Shown: positions 12,693 through 23,177 of the stretch, piece by piece
Layout: each line of letters starts with the position of its first letter
Numbering within the stretch: position 1 is the first letter of the stretch
Translations under genes and position numbers: made by a program
DNA from: an uncultured delta proteobacterium
GTDB taxonomy: Bacteria; Desulfobacterota; Syntrophia; Syntrophales; UBA2185
Assembly (NCBI GenBank): GCA_963695875.1
Contig: CAVOID010000010.1
Span: forward strand, 128,001 to 192,000
Length of the DNA stretch: 64,000 nt
Direction: 5' to 3'
Notes under the pieces: model-generated
Told to the model about the DNA's origin: nothing
Database searches by the model: none
What the model saw: only the letters and a program-made list of their open reading frames with translations

Positions 12693-13464
12693 ATGATCAA
12701 TTTAAAGATAATAAAATGTGCTATAATCACAGTATATCTTATTACTATGATTGCATGTGCAACCAGTCCATGGAAGCAGGAACAGGCAGATTCTCACATG
12801 AATATCGGGGTTGCCTATTTGGGATCAGACCGCTACAACGATGCATTAAAGGAATTCTTAGAGGCGGAAAAATTCTCGCCGCGCGACCCTCAAGTCCACT
12901 ATTATTTAGGTATCACGTATCGCGGGAAAAAACTTAATGACAAGGCTATCGCTGAATTTAAGAAGACATTGTCCCTAAAGCCTGACTATTCGGAAGCTTA
13001 CAATAATCTGGGAACAATCTATCTGGACATGAGGTTATGGGATGATGCCATAGATTCGTTTAAAAGTGCACTTTCCAACATGCTCTATGAAACTCCTGAT
13101 AAAGCATTCTTCAACATGGGATTGGCTTATCATGGAAAGGGAGAATACCAGAAGGCCCTGAATGCGTATAAGGAGGCAAAAAACAGGACACCTCATACGA
13201 TCCCCGACTCTGTGATAGACTTCTATATGGGGATAAACTGTTATGACCAGGGGGATTCGGAAAAGGCGGTTCAATATTTCGAGGCATCACTGAATGGAGC
13301 CCCCGCATTTCTGGAGGCCCAATCCCGGTACTGGTTAGGACAGTCTTATATCAAAATGCGTGATCCGGGAAAAGGCAAAGGCAGAGTTTAAGGCCGTTAT
13401 TAAAATTTCGCCGGAATCGGATTTGGGAAAGGCAGCCAGAAAAAGCCTCGATTCTATTCGTTAA
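12693..13464 (+). CDS. TPR lipoprotein, probable secretin pilotin (PilF/Tgl-like); frameshift near 13375
   Basis: Lipobox-like IAC after signal peptide; TPR repeats (YSEAYNNLG, FFNMGLAY); downstream of pilQ. Confidence 0.8.
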
Positions 13465-13501
13465 GGCTATTCGTCAGGACATTCGTTAAGGAAAATACTA
13501 A

Positions 13502-13529
13502 GGGGTCAGGCCGTCTTAGGCCTGACCCC
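13502..13529. terminator. Hairpin between convergent pilotin and pilY1 genes
   Basis: GGGGTCAGGCC-GTCTTA-GGCCTGACCCC perfect 11-bp stem. Confidence 0.7.
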
Positions 13530-13574
13530 AATTTGTTTAACTTCAATTCGGCTTTTTGCGAGGTAATCAGTTTT

Positions 13575-16500
13575 TCACTGTATCCGCCGGTCTTTCCAGA
13601 AAAGGATGTTGACCGGGTTGACGACTCCACCAACAGAACCGCCACCCGTATTACTGCCAGCACCACTAGCACCACCACCAGCAACACCACCAATACCAGT
13701 CACACCACCGCTTACTGTAATATAGAGATCAACATCGACAGTCTTTCCCGGTTGCGGTGGCGACAGCGAAATAGTGGGGGCGGCGGCTATCCCCTCACCG
13801 ATCTTCGTACTCATCGTCCCACCGGAAAAAGCACCGGCCCCTGACGTGTACTTTATCTCATAGAGGTATGCATCTCCACCCTGGTTCTGGTCGCAGCCAG
13901 TAGCAGTTGTCGGTACGAATGTCGTGAAATATACTATGCCGCTAAAGATGGCGGGATCGGCTAAAACCTTCTCACCCGCATGTGGCAAGCTGATATAATA
14001 CCCGTTCGTATTATTGATGCAGTTACTATCGCACGGTGTGCTTTGCGTTACTGCGGTCAGATTACCGATACTGTAATTCGGTTGCTGGTTGGTACGGTCA
14101 TTGTCCATAAGGGCAAATAATTTACCCCCCTTGGCTGTACTTCTTGGATCTGTTTTATCTCCCGTACCCCAGAACACCCAGAGATTCTGCGCCCCGTCCC
14201 AGGTTACGGATGGAACCGTGAATACAGGATCTGATGAAGAACCACTGAAGAGACGCCCTCCTTTCCAATTGCCGATGCCGCAGGTCGCCCCATCCATCGC
14301 TTTGCAGAACGTAAAGCGCCAAATGTTCCCCCCCAGGTCTCCTATATAGGCCGTATCGATAAACCCATCGCCGTCCAAGTCCACGATAGCGGTAGCGGCC
14401 GGTACGGCCGATTTTATATTCGGATTCGTATATCTCCAGAGGATTGTTCCATCCCTCAAGTCAAAGGCAAAAAATCCCTTTCCCCTGGTGTCACTGCAAG
14501 CGCCTCCCCCGGAGCAGTCTACAATGTTGTAGCCTCCACCGATAAATCCGACCCATCTCTCGTTGCCGCCGATCCGGACCCTGCCAATCATCACTTCACT
14601 CCAGGGGTCTCCCAGATAGGGGGCATCCAGGGTTGTGTTAATGGGGTTGCTGCCGCCCAGATGCCACATAAAGGTCGGAGCCAGGGTTTCAGTGATGTCA
14701 AGTGCGTAATAACCGCAGTTATACGGATATGTTATGCCTGTTGTAGTATTATAATAAACTGGACTAAAGTTCGAATCACAGGAGGAAACTGAACTCCATA
14801 AGGTGGAAGTGGGGGCGGACGAGGAGCCGCCTCTGCCTTCTCCAAAGACCAGGATTGTATGCCAATCAGCTGGATTCTTGGCTGTCCCGTCACCGGAGCC
14901 GAGCCAGACGTTATCTGCCGTCAACGACCCATCGACAAAGTACTGGTGAGTCTCCGTCGTAGGGTTTGTCATATGAGAGATCATCTTCAAATTGGGCAGA
15001 AGGTTCGGCGGAATGAAACTCCATGCCTCTGAAAGACCATCGGCATGGAAGGCGTGAACCTGGCCGTCATTTGCTCCAACCGCGACTATCCGCTTATTAT
15101 TAAGACAGGGGTCGGCGGATGTGCGGCAATGACTTGCCCGGAACATGCCAAAGGCGCGATTTCCATCGCGGAGGTCATCGAAATAAGGATTCGGCGATCC
15201 CACAGTGATCGGTGCCGCCCGGAACACATCACCCAGCTTGAAGACATTTTTGGTACCCCCTCCGCCAACTGTGTAATCAGGATTAAAGACTGAGTCTCCC
15301 CGGATGTAACCGACGACATTGTCTCTATGCGCATTATCTGCAACGCCCAGAATCGCCGGGGTGATGATTGCCGTAATGAAATTTGGGGGAGTGAAGGTAC
15401 AGCTGCCGGCCGTACATGTCCATATTTGTCGGTTGGCAGCAACTGTATTCTGGAGAACTACCCCGGCATCACACGGTGTGGTGCAGGCGGGGTGGGCTCC
15501 CGAAGCGGAGGTGCAGCAACCGATGGAGCCATTGTCATTGATCGCGAACTTTTTCAGGTGCCCGTGCCAGAAGGGTTCACCCTCTATGGGTTCGAAGGAA
15601 GCTTCATACATAAAATTTTCGTCCTGGGTACGGGACGACTGAACAGATGCCTGGGTAAAGGAATAGGTCGCCGCGCTGATAACCTGCATGGCCTGGCGCA
15701 GCGCCGCATCAAGTGCATCAGCATCGGCGGCAACAAAGGCATATCCTCTAAGTTTATTAGTCGCAGGGTCATTGGACGTTGCACAGTGACCAGCCCCTGT
15801 ATCACCGTCTGAATCATTGCATGTGGCGGTCACCGTCCCTGAAGTATTACAGCTGGTTCCAGAGGGAACATAGCCGGTAGTGCTGCCTGACGGCGCCTCA
15901 CTGGGGTTTATCGTCCCGCCGTAATACGCCATCCAGTTGAGGGTATTAATGAGGTAGTGAGGCATACCCGCGCCTAATCCGATAACGAAGACCTTGTATC
16001 CCGCATCAGCTAATGCCTTGGCCTTAGCCACGGATTCCCGCCTGGGCACGTACATATCGCTTCGGGAATCGCTACCGGTACCGTCCCCGCCGCATGCATA
16101 GGTATCCTCACCATCTGTGATCAGGATGACAAATTTATTGCGACAGGCCGCGAAAGTGTCTACACCCTTGTGATAGTCGAGATAAACTTTTGCCTCATTA
16201 AGCGATGACGCCAGGGGAGTCCCGCTATTAGGAGTTTCGCCCACGACACACTCCTTGGTACCTGAACAGGACGTCACCGTAGAAGCACAACTGGTGGAGT
16301 TATTACAGTATATCTGCTGGTATTTTGTAACGGAACCACTCGCGGTACTGATCGGCCATACGAGTTGTATATTTCCGCTGTTGTAATCCCCTCCTGTATC
16401 ATTACCGTTCTTGAATCTCATGAATCCTATCCTGACGGCGAGGGCGCAATAGTCATTATCGTCGATAGTGCCGCTGCTATCGGCATCGAGGATACCGAAG

Positions 16501-16925
16501 ATGGCCCGCTTGGCGATCTCCACACGGCTGCATTTGGTGCCAAATCCAGCGTGCGAAGAAGTTCTATAAAACGGCCCCGAGCAAGAAGTATTGGAGTATC
16601 TCGGCACTGAACTCCCACCGTAAGGATCGATATTAGCACAGGGCTTGGTATGGCCCGCACCACTACTTGCGTAATATGCAGTGTCATCTCCGCAATTACG
16701 GGAGCTACTTATGTACAAATCACCACCTGGCGGCGGCCAAAACATACTCCCTGACAAGTCCAGGAGGATCAGGGCATCAGGGCTCACGTTTGCGGTAAAC
16801 AGCTCTTCCTCGCCGCTCACACCTGTTGTACAGGTGGTCTGGGCTGACGAAACACCTGTAAAGGATAAGACACATATAGTAGTAATAATGCATATAAAAA
16901 ATGAGTGAATCTTCCTGTTTCTCAT
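13575..16925 (-). CDS. pilY1: PilY1/PilC-type pilus tip adhesin with vWA domain and beta-propeller
   Basis: Signal peptide; MIDAS-like LLDLSGSM, TPLA, ILITDGED; VGANDGQVHAF, YFVDGS, DLDGDGFIDTAYIGDLGGNIWRF. Confidence 0.92.
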   Translation of the reverse strand: MRNRKIHSFFICIITTICVLSFTGVSSAQTTCTTGVSGEEELFTANVSPDALILLDLSGSMFWPPPGGDLYISSSRNCGDDTAYYASSGAGHTKPCANIDPYGGSSVPRYSNTSCSGPFYRTSSHAGFGTKCSRVEIAKRAIFGILDADSSGTIDDNDYCALAVRIGFMRFKNGNDTGGDYNSGNIQLVWPISTASGSVTKYQQIYCNNSTSCASTVTSCSGTKECVVGETPNSGTPLASSLNEAKVYLDYHKGVDTFAACRNKFVILITDGEDTYACGGDGTGSDSRSDMYVPRRESVAKAKALADAGYKVFVIGLGAGMPHYLINTLNWMAYYGGTINPSEAPSGSTTGYVPSGTSCNTSGTVTATCNDSDGDTGAGHCATSNDPATNKLRGYAFVAADADALDAALRQAMQVISAATYSFTQASVQSSRTQDENFMYEASFEPIEGEPFWHGHLKKFAINDNGSIGCCTSASGAHPACTTPCDAGVVLQNTVAANRQIWTCTAGSCTFTPPNFITAIITPAILGVADNAHRDNVVGYIRGDSVFNPDYTVGGGGTKNVFKLGDVFRAAPITVGSPNPYFDDLRDGNRAFGMFRASHCRTSADPCLNNKRIVAVGANDGQVHAFHADGLSEAWSFIPPNLLPNLKMISHMTNPTTETHQYFVDGSLTADNVWLGSGDGTAKNPADWHTILVFGEGRGGSSSAPTSTLWSSVSSCDSNFSPVYYNTTTGITYPYNCGYYALDITETLAPTFMWHLGGSNPINTTLDAPYLGDPWSEVMIGRVRIGGNERWVGFIGGGYNIVDCSGGGACSDTRGKGFFAFDLRDGTILWRYTNPNIKSAVPAATAIVDLDGDGFIDTAYIGDLGGNIWRFTFCKAMDGATCGIGNWKGGRLFSGSSSDPVFTVPSVTWDGAQNLWVFWGTGDKTDPRSTAKGGKLFALMDNDRTNQQPNYSIGNLTAVTQSTPCDSNCINNTNGYYISLPHAGEKVLADPAIFSGIVYFTTFVPTTATGCDQNQGGDAYLYEIKYTSGAGAFSGGTMSTKIGEGIAAAPTISLSPPQPGKTVDVDLYITVSGGVTGIGGVAGGGASGAGSNTGGGSVGGVVNPVNILFWKDRRIQ

Positions 16926-17123
16926 AAGGCCTCCTCATAGAGTACCGTTTAAAAAAACCATATCCCTCAAGTCATACCTGCCCTGATAACAGTATTTGAG
17001 AGCAGGCTCGGTCGAGGACCAGCCGCCGTTACCCGCAAAGGCAAAGAGCGGGGAACTATACAAAGCCGCATCAATCGAGGCAAGACATAAAAGAAAACGA
17101 ATGAGCCGTCAGCAACTCTACAC

Positions 17124-17600
17124 TTAATCACATTGAACAGGACCGTAGCCGATCTCCGTTTTTATCCTTACCTGCGTATTATATGCCGTGTTCCTCCCGA
17201 TCACATCGAGATCATACCTCTTCAGCTTCAAACTGCCCTTTTTTATATCGGACCCTCCTCTTGGATCGGGGACACATTCGGGAGGCGCTGTAGGAAACTT
17301 TGCAGGATACAAAATGGAATAATTAGACATGCCGTCTGCCCTGTTTTGGTCCACCTGCGCTGCAATGGTAACTGTATTGATATTAAACGTCTGTTGAATG
17401 GCATGAATGCCTTCCTCTGCGGCAATAAGCGCCCTCTTGTCACCGACAATTTTTGCGCTTACCCTGATGTCCTGGGTCGACAGAGAAAAAACCAGCAATC
17501 CCAGGGCCAGGAGGATCAAAGAGGCCATTATAGCCGCGACGAGGGCAAATCCCGCCTGGGAATTCTTCAATCGCAAGGCTATCTGAATATTTTTATGCAT
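17124..17600 (-). CDS. pilX: Minor pilin PilX-like
   Basis: Prepilin site G|FALVAA lacking Glu5 as in PilX; ALIAAEEG motif; position before pilY1. Confidence 0.8.
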   Translation of the reverse strand: MHKNIQIALRLKNSQAGFALVAAIMASLILLALGLLVFSLSTQDIRVSAKIVGDKRALIAAEEGIHAIQQTFNINTVTIAAQVDQNRADGMSNYSILYPAKFPTAPPECVPDPRGGSDIKKGSLKLKRYDLDVIGRNTAYNTQVRIKTEIGYGPVQCD

Positions 17601-17613
17601 GTTCCCTCGAAAT

Positions 17614-18429
17614 CTAATATTTGTAAAAAATATGGTTTTTCAGGGTCTCGCGGCTGGAATAAATCATCCTTCGCCTCTGTTTTGTGTCCGGATTGATTTC
17701 TTCCGTCTCAACAGCCAGGGTAATCTCTATCATTCTCAGATCATGAATTTGATTGTCAGTCAAATTGCCGCCAGCGCCGGGGACAACAGGATTCCCAACC
17801 GCGTCGAAGTAACGGAAAATCGGAATTACCGGATTGAGGTCAGCATTGATGACCCTTACCGTGAGGGGATGCAGGCTTGCAACACTGTCACCAAGAAAAG
17901 ATTGAGCCCCCCCGCAGTTTGTTTCTCTCGTGATGTACCGATCTCCACCGGCTGTCACATAGTTATACCTGATAATCTCGTTGGTTTCGGCAGGACCACC
18001 CATAATCTGTCCGTTACCATCTGGCAGATTATAACCATCCAATCTATCGGAAATGTCCATCTGTACGGTGATCGACGTCGTTGTCGCTTCCTGAATGCCG
18101 CGCCGCTGGCATCTGGTGTCCAAAGGTAGTGGGCAGGAGTTTTGGTCGCAGCACAGTGTAGCACCGCAACCTGCGCCGCGCCAAAATCTGTCGACGTTAC
18201 CTGTTACGGGTTCCTGTCCAAAAAGCGGGTTATAGGATGCCATCCTGATCTCCATGGCCATAATCTCCAGGGTGCCTCGCACATCCTGTTGGGCCATAAC
18301 CTTTCTCTCTATGCCGCCGGACGATCTCAGCGCCGACTCGATCGCCATGCCTATTGCGAACACTAAAATCAGCGAAACCGCCGCTGCAACCAAAAGTTCA
18401 ATAAGTGTAAAGCCTTTTGTGTTTTTCAT
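17614..18429 (-). CDS. pilW: Minor pilin PilW-like
   Basis: KG|FTLIELLVA; EIRMASY motif. Confidence 0.82.
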   Translation of the reverse strand: MKNTKGFTLIELLVAAAVSLILVFAIGMAIESALRSSGGIERKVMAQQDVRGTLEIMAMEIRMASYNPLFGQEPVTGNVDRFWRGAGCGATLCCDQNSCPLPLDTRCQRRGIQEATTTSITVQMDISDRLDGYNLPDGNGQIMGGPAETNEIIRYNYVTAGGDRYITRETNCGGAQSFLGDSVASLHPLTVRVINADLNPVIPIFRYFDAVGNPVVPGAGGNLTDNQIHDLRMIEITLAVETEEINPDTKQRRRMIYSSRETLKNHIFYKY

Positions 18430-18965
18430 CTTACACTCACACAGCTCCGGGGTCTATTTATATCATACGCAGGATCGTAGCTGTAAGGACCCTGCAGTGA
18501 CACGATAGCGCTTTCAACAAGATTCCTGAGACCAGGTACCATCGGGTCACGCCACGTAACTGTGACCTGGACCCGATACACTTTAACATTTGTGACTGTG
18601 GCGCCAGGAGGATCGGGGAGAGTCGTGTCATTTATTACGGTTGTGACCGTATATTGCGCGTCCCCTGCATCCGGAACTCCTGCAGCTACGCCACTGGCAT
18701 ACACTTGGTAGTTTGCTGGGTAGTTTGGTAATGAATTTTGACAGGTAGCCAGGGGAATGCAGCTATTCATTACGCATGTCTCTCTTTTCTCAAGCTCTTT
18801 ATGTAATATCCCCGCAGCCCTGCCCAGATAATCCGACTTTCCGACCAATTTCCACGCCGACGGCTGCATTGACAAAATGGTCAAAACGCCGAAGGCAACC
18901 AGAAATATGGCAATGACCACCTCGATCAGGCCGATACCTCGTTTATTTGATATCAAACTTAACAT
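18426..18965 (-). CDS. pilV: Minor pilin PilV-like
   Basis: RG|IGLIEVVIAI; VQVTVTW motif. Confidence 0.8.
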   Translation of the reverse strand: MLSLISNKRGIGLIEVVIAIFLVAFGVLTILSMQPSAWKLVGKSDYLGRAAGILHKELEKRETCVMNSCIPLATCQNSLPNYPANYQVYASGVAAGVPDAGDAQYTVTTVINDTTLPDPPGATVTNVKVYRVQVTVTWRDPMVPGLRNLVESAIVSLQGPYSYDPAYDINRPRSCVSVR

Positions 18966-19410
18966 AGGTTCTTCCCGTCATACTGACAGTAATTTTGGCA
19001 GTAGAATGTCTGCTGTTCTCAAGTACAACGTTATCCTCACCTAATGCTGATACGGCACCTCTTGCAAAAAAATCAACCTGCGGCCCCCCGCCGAAATCGG
19101 CATTTTGGATTACAATATCCTTACCGAATTCTGAGAGAAGCTTGGGAACAACCGGACCAGGAGGGTTGCCTACATTCTGTATAGTATAACTATTTCCGCC
19201 ATTGACAAAAGTGATTCGATATGTTGTGCTTTCAGAAATCGCCCTTTCCTTACAGATAGCAAAATCAGATGCAACATCCCTTGCCGCCGACCTCAGATTT
19301 TTGTTTATCGTGTAGTTGACCAAATTTAATCCTGCAACAGCGCAAATGATTCCAATTAAAATAACGACAACGAGCAGCTCAATGAGTGAAAATCCTTTAC
19401 AGCGTTGCAT
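18943..19410 (-). CDS. Minor pilin FimT/FimU (GspH-like)
   Basis: KG|FSLIELLVVV; ERAI, FFARG and TGR motifs. Confidence 0.82.
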   Translation of the reverse strand: MQRCKGFSLIELLVVVILIGIICAVAGLNLVNYTINKNLRSAARDVASDFAICKERAISESTTYRITFVNGGNSYTIQNVGNPPGPVVPKLLSEFGKDIVIQNADFGGGPQVDFFARGAVSALGEDNVVLENSRHSTAKITVSMTGRTYVKFDIK

Positions 19411-19411
19411 A

Positions 19412-20218
19412 TCACTTCTTTCCGTCGATGAGATTTGTCAGTTCAGCCTCGGGCATAGCCCCTTCTCTGAGCCGTCCATCGGGCAGTATCAGTGCGGGAG
19501 TTCCCGATATACCGAAAGATGCGGCAAGCTTCATGGAGCTGTCAATCTCGTCGGTTGCACACTCTGTCTTGGGTATCTCCTTCTTTTCGAAGTTGTCCTC
19601 AAGCATCTTCAGGGATTTATTGCAAACTATGCTTTTTGCCTTCCAATAAGCATCCTTATGAAAATTTAAAGGGAAGAACTTGATATAAAAGGATACGTCC
19701 TTCCTTTTTGCGACAATCTGTTTCATGGTTTGATGCAGTTGGCCGCAAAAGGGACAATCCGGATCTGTAAAGACGACTACTTTCTTGGAAGCGCCGCTCT
19801 CGCCCAGGATGAGGGCATTATCCAGCGGTACTTTCGCTATATCGATCCTTTTCTTATCTTGAAGCCTCCGGAGGCTCTCCTGCCTCTTATCAGACATATT
19901 GGCAACTTCTATCAAAGAACCAAGGATCAGGAACTTTTTATCTAAGCCGAGATAAAAAATCCCCAAACGTCCCATATTATCGATGGCTATTTCACAAAAC
20001 CCCTTAATGGGACTCTCTGTGATGCTCAATACCTTTGCGTCGGAGGCATTGAGTTTCATCAGAACGTCTTTAATCCCTTGATTGCCGAGACCGATACACC
20101 CGTTCTTATCCTTGCTGTTGTCTCCTTCAGAAGCAATAACATATCCTGAATAAATAGGTGAAAAAAGCAAAGCCCAAGATAGGCTTATTACAGCAAGAAA
20201 TAAACCCTTTTTTATCAA
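19412..20218 (-). CDS. dsbC: DsbC family thiol:disulfide isomerase
   Basis: Signal peptide; SPIKG.EI dimerisation domain; VFTDPDCPFC; GISGTP cis-Pro loop. Confidence 0.9.
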   Translation of the reverse strand: MIKKGLFLAVISLSWALLFSPIYSGYVIASEGDNSKDKNGCIGLGNQGIKDVLMKLNASDAKVLSITESPIKGFCEIAIDNMGRLGIFYLGLDKKFLILGSLIEVANMSDKRQESLRRLQDKKRIDIAKVPLDNALILGESGASKKVVVFTDPDCPFCGQLHQTMKQIVAKRKDVSFYIKFFPLNFHKDAYWKAKSIVCNKSLKMLEDNFEKKEIPKTECATDEIDSSMKLAASFGISGTPALILPDGRLREGAMPEAELTNLIDGKK

Positions 20219-20406
20219 AACATCCTCCCTGCTAACATTTCATAGAAGCGCTTCTATATCTCACACTCAAAGCAGGAAATCAAGAAAATCGATCCCTTAT
20301 AAAGTCTAAATGGCATGTTGTTACGGCTGGCAGGGTTTCACACGGTATATTGGTGGCCTTTAATAAAGATGCCTTAAGCTGCGCCGTCATAGAAGGTAAT
20401 TTCAAT

Positions 20407-20498
20407 AGTCCGGCAGCCCTGCTACCATATCCACATCATGGACTTAGGTCAGTAGCTTTACGTCCCGTCCTTTCAGACAGTTTGCCTTTTTCAAGACT
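20407..20498 (-). ncRNA. c-di-GMP-I (GEMM-I) riboswitch
   Basis: Minus strand reads AAAAGGCAAACUGUCU-GAAA-GGACGGGACGUAAAGCUACUGACCUAA...UAUGGUAGCAGGGCUGCCG, matching the GEMM-I layout with GNRA tetraloop and receptor. Confidence 0.88.
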
Positions 20499-20955
20499 TT
20501 ATATTTTCAAAGAATTTCTAGCTCTATTTCAAGATATTTATTGATCCCTCAATATGGTATATCGGGAAAAATAAGAAAATCTTTAAATAAATTTAATCAT
20601 ATTTTGAATATTAAAATCAAACTATATCAGACTTTATAGAAGCAATTAACATACCAGATATTGACGATATGCGACTCCTACGAAAGAGGGAGCCCTATCG
20701 CTTTTGATACCGATAAATTAGATATTTTAATACATATCGAGTTGCAGGAAATTTTCTCACATAGTTAATGAAAAATAGGTAAATTTCACCAATTATAAGT
20801 AAAATTCACCTTGAAATTAGTCTCATTTATCGGTGATTATTTCAGCTTAAAAAGTGTGGATTTCTTGCTTGACACACTATGGGTGCTGTGTTACAGCTCT
20901 CAGCGGCTTAGGACTTCTGTGGGAAAAATCGTCAAGATTTAAGATACATGAGCAT

Positions 20956-21651
20956 ATGGACAACAGTGCCATTAAAGAAAGAGAAGAGTTTCTTTCTAGA
21001 GCGGAAGCCTATATAGATCAGAGTCTTTATAAAGAGGCGCTGCATATAGCTGAATCATGGCTCAGGCGTTTCCCGATTGACGCTGATGCACATATTATTC
21101 GCTGTCATGCATTGCTGAGGATGGGAAATCTCGAAAAGGTAAACGAGATTCTCGATGATGTAGAGAATACGGTACTTCAGTTATCCCGCATATATAATCG
21201 CATCGGAGATCTCTGCCTGAAAGGTGGACTGACCCGAGAGGCGATAAAGTTTTATCAGAAGTTTGTCTCTCTTAACCCAGACTCGCCAGTTACAAAAGAT
21301 GTATCGGAGAAAATCAATGCACTCATATCAATTGTAGATGCATCCACCAGGATCAATGAAAATATATATGACAATATTGATCATGTCCCATCTGATTTCT
21401 ACACCACAACCCTCGAGGAACTTTATATGACGCGAGGTCATATTGACATGGCTGCTGATGTTCTCAGTGAGATCCTCAGAAGAGAACCGGAAAATGAACT
21501 GGTTGCAGCTAGGTTAAGAGATATAAAAGCAATGCAAAATGACAGGATGAGAGAAGAAACGCATTTACGTATATCGCAAAACGAGGAGGTTATTCAAGAA
21601 CTTACAAGGTGGCTTAAGAACGTTGACAGGTTAAAGAGCTATGCACCATAA
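20956..21651 (+). CDS. TPR-repeat protein
   Basis: Helical TPR-like repeats, TTTLEELY..RGH motif; start chosen at MDNSA within ORF 20854-21651. Confidence 0.7.
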   Translation: MDNSAIKEREEFLSRAEAYIDQSLYKEALHIAESWLRRFPIDADAHIIRCHALLRMGNLEKVNEILDDVENTVLQLSRIYNRIGDLCLKGGLTREAIKFYQKFVSLNPDSPVTKDVSEKINALISIVDASTRINENIYDNIDHVPSDFYTTTLEELYMTRGHIDMAADVLSEILRREPENELVAARLRDIKAMQNDRMREETHLRISQNEEVIQELTRWLKNVDRLKSYAP

Positions 21652-22729
21652 CTCTCCGGTACCTCCTGAGAGGATATCTAAGATTCGGCTGAAACTCAAA
21701 GCCCTTGATGTGGATGCGTTACTTTTTCTTGATATAAAGAATATCCGCTATTTGACGGGTTTCGCAGGCAGTGACGGGGCACTTATGATATGCGAAAAGC
21801 ACAAGCTACTCCTGGTCGATGGCCGTTATATAAATCAAGCGAAAAAAGAAGTCGAGGACGTGGAAGTTGTTGAATATCGGGAAAAGGTAGATGGAATTGA
21901 GGCCGTTCTTTCAGATGGCAGATTAAAATCTATTGGGTTTGAATCAACGGCGATGAACGTCAGCACTTATATGAAACTGAAGGAGAAGCTAAGAGCTGTT
22001 GCGTTAAAGCCGATGTCTAACGAAATAGATGCCATCAGGGCTATCAAAGATGAGGAAGAAATAGCCTGTATCAGGAAGGCAGCAGAGATATCATTTCAAG
22101 CCCTTACCGCTGTTTGCAACCTTATAAAGCCAGGCGTCAAAGAGAAGGATATTGCTATAGAGTTGGAATTTCGTATAAGGAAATGTGGTGCAGAATTGGT
22201 ATCCTTTCCTACCATTGTTGCAACGGGAGCGAACTCAGCACAACCGCATGCAGCCCCAGGATCGCGCGAGATTGAAAATGGAGATATCGTCATGATTGAT
22301 TACGGGGCTGTATATTTTGGTTATCATTCTGACGAAACTTGTACATTCGTTGTTGGACATGCGGGTAAAAAACAAAAAGAGGTATACTCACTTGTCAAGA
22401 AAGCACACGACAAGGCACTGCAAGCGATCAAACCAGGCATAGCGTGCGGAGAAATTGACCACATCGCAAGATCTTGTATTGAGGTTGGAAATCTGGGGAA
22501 ATTTTTTACACATGGCACAGGACATGGTGTTGGTCTTGACGTTCATGAGGCACCACGGATAGCAGACAAATCAGTAAATATCCTTGAAGCGGGAATGGTT
22601 GTAACCATAGAACCCGGCGTCTACATCCCTGACCTATGGGGCATCCGTATTGAGGATATGGTTTTAGTTAAAGAAGGGGGTGGTGAGGTCTTGACAAAAG
22701 TACCAAAGGACCTCACGATACTGCACTGA
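21641..22729 (+). CDS. Xaa-Pro aminopeptidase (M24B)
   Basis: NIRYLTGF, IDYG, YHSDETCT, HGTGHGVGLDVHEAP, TIEPGVY, GIRIED. Confidence 0.93.
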   Translation: MHHNSPVPPERISKIRLKLKALDVDALLFLDIKNIRYLTGFAGSDGALMICEKHKLLLVDGRYINQAKKEVEDVEVVEYREKVDGIEAVLSDGRLKSIGFESTAMNVSTYMKLKEKLRAVALKPMSNEIDAIRAIKDEEEIACIRKAAEISFQALTAVCNLIKPGVKEKDIAIELEFRIRKCGAELVSFPTIVATGANSAQPHAAPGSREIENGDIVMIDYGAVYFGYHSDETCTFVVGHAGKKQKEVYSLVKKAHDKALQAIKPGIACGEIDHIARSCIEVGNLGKFFTHGTGHGVGLDVHEAPRIADKSVNILEAGMVVTIEPGVYIPDLWGIRIEDMVLVKEGGGEVLTKVPKDLTILH

Positions 22730-22769
22730 TTACAAAAATTAATAAATTCATATATTAGGGTGTTGTGAT

Positions 22770-23168
22770 ATGAAGGTATTTCCGGATGATCTTCTTTACA
22801 ATCGGGAACACACATGGGTAAGGGTTGAAGGCGAATTAGCTACCGTCGGTATTACGGATTATGCCCAGGAGAACCTGGGAGAGATCCTTGCTGTTGAACT
22901 ACCCGAAATAGATTCTTATGTGGAACGGGATGAGCCCTTTGGAACCATAGAATCTGCGAAGGGTGTTTTCGAACTTATTTCACCGGTTAGCGGCGAGGTA
23001 ATAAGTGTCAATGAAGATATATTGGACGACATTGGCATTATCAACAGTGATCCTCATGATACAGGATGGATGATCGTTATAGGTATGAAGGATTTGGAAG
23101 AGCTTGACGATCTTCTGGATTCCAGGGAATATCATGATTTTGTACTTAAGGAAGCGGAAGGTGGCTGA
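22770..23168 (+). CDS. gcvH: Glycine cleavage system H (lipoyl carrier) protein
   Basis: HTWVR, GITDYAQ, IESAK lipoyl lysine, SPVSGEV, INSDP. Confidence 0.93.
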   Translation: MKVFPDDLLYNREHTWVRVEGELATVGITDYAQENLGEILAVELPEIDSYVERDEPFGTIESAKGVFELISPVSGEVISVNEDILDDIGIINSDPHDTGWMIVIGMKDLEELDDLLDSREYHDFVLKEAEGG

Positions 23169-23177
23169 CTCTTATTC

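Noticed and set aside
16926..17123. 200-nt gap between pilX and pilY1 as a small gene or ncRNA
   Set aside because: No credible ORF, prepilin motif or recognisable RNA motif.
20230..20400. Second tandem riboswitch or terminator downstream of the GEMM aptamer
   Set aside because: I could not find a second GEMM core or a convincing stem plus U-run on the minus strand.
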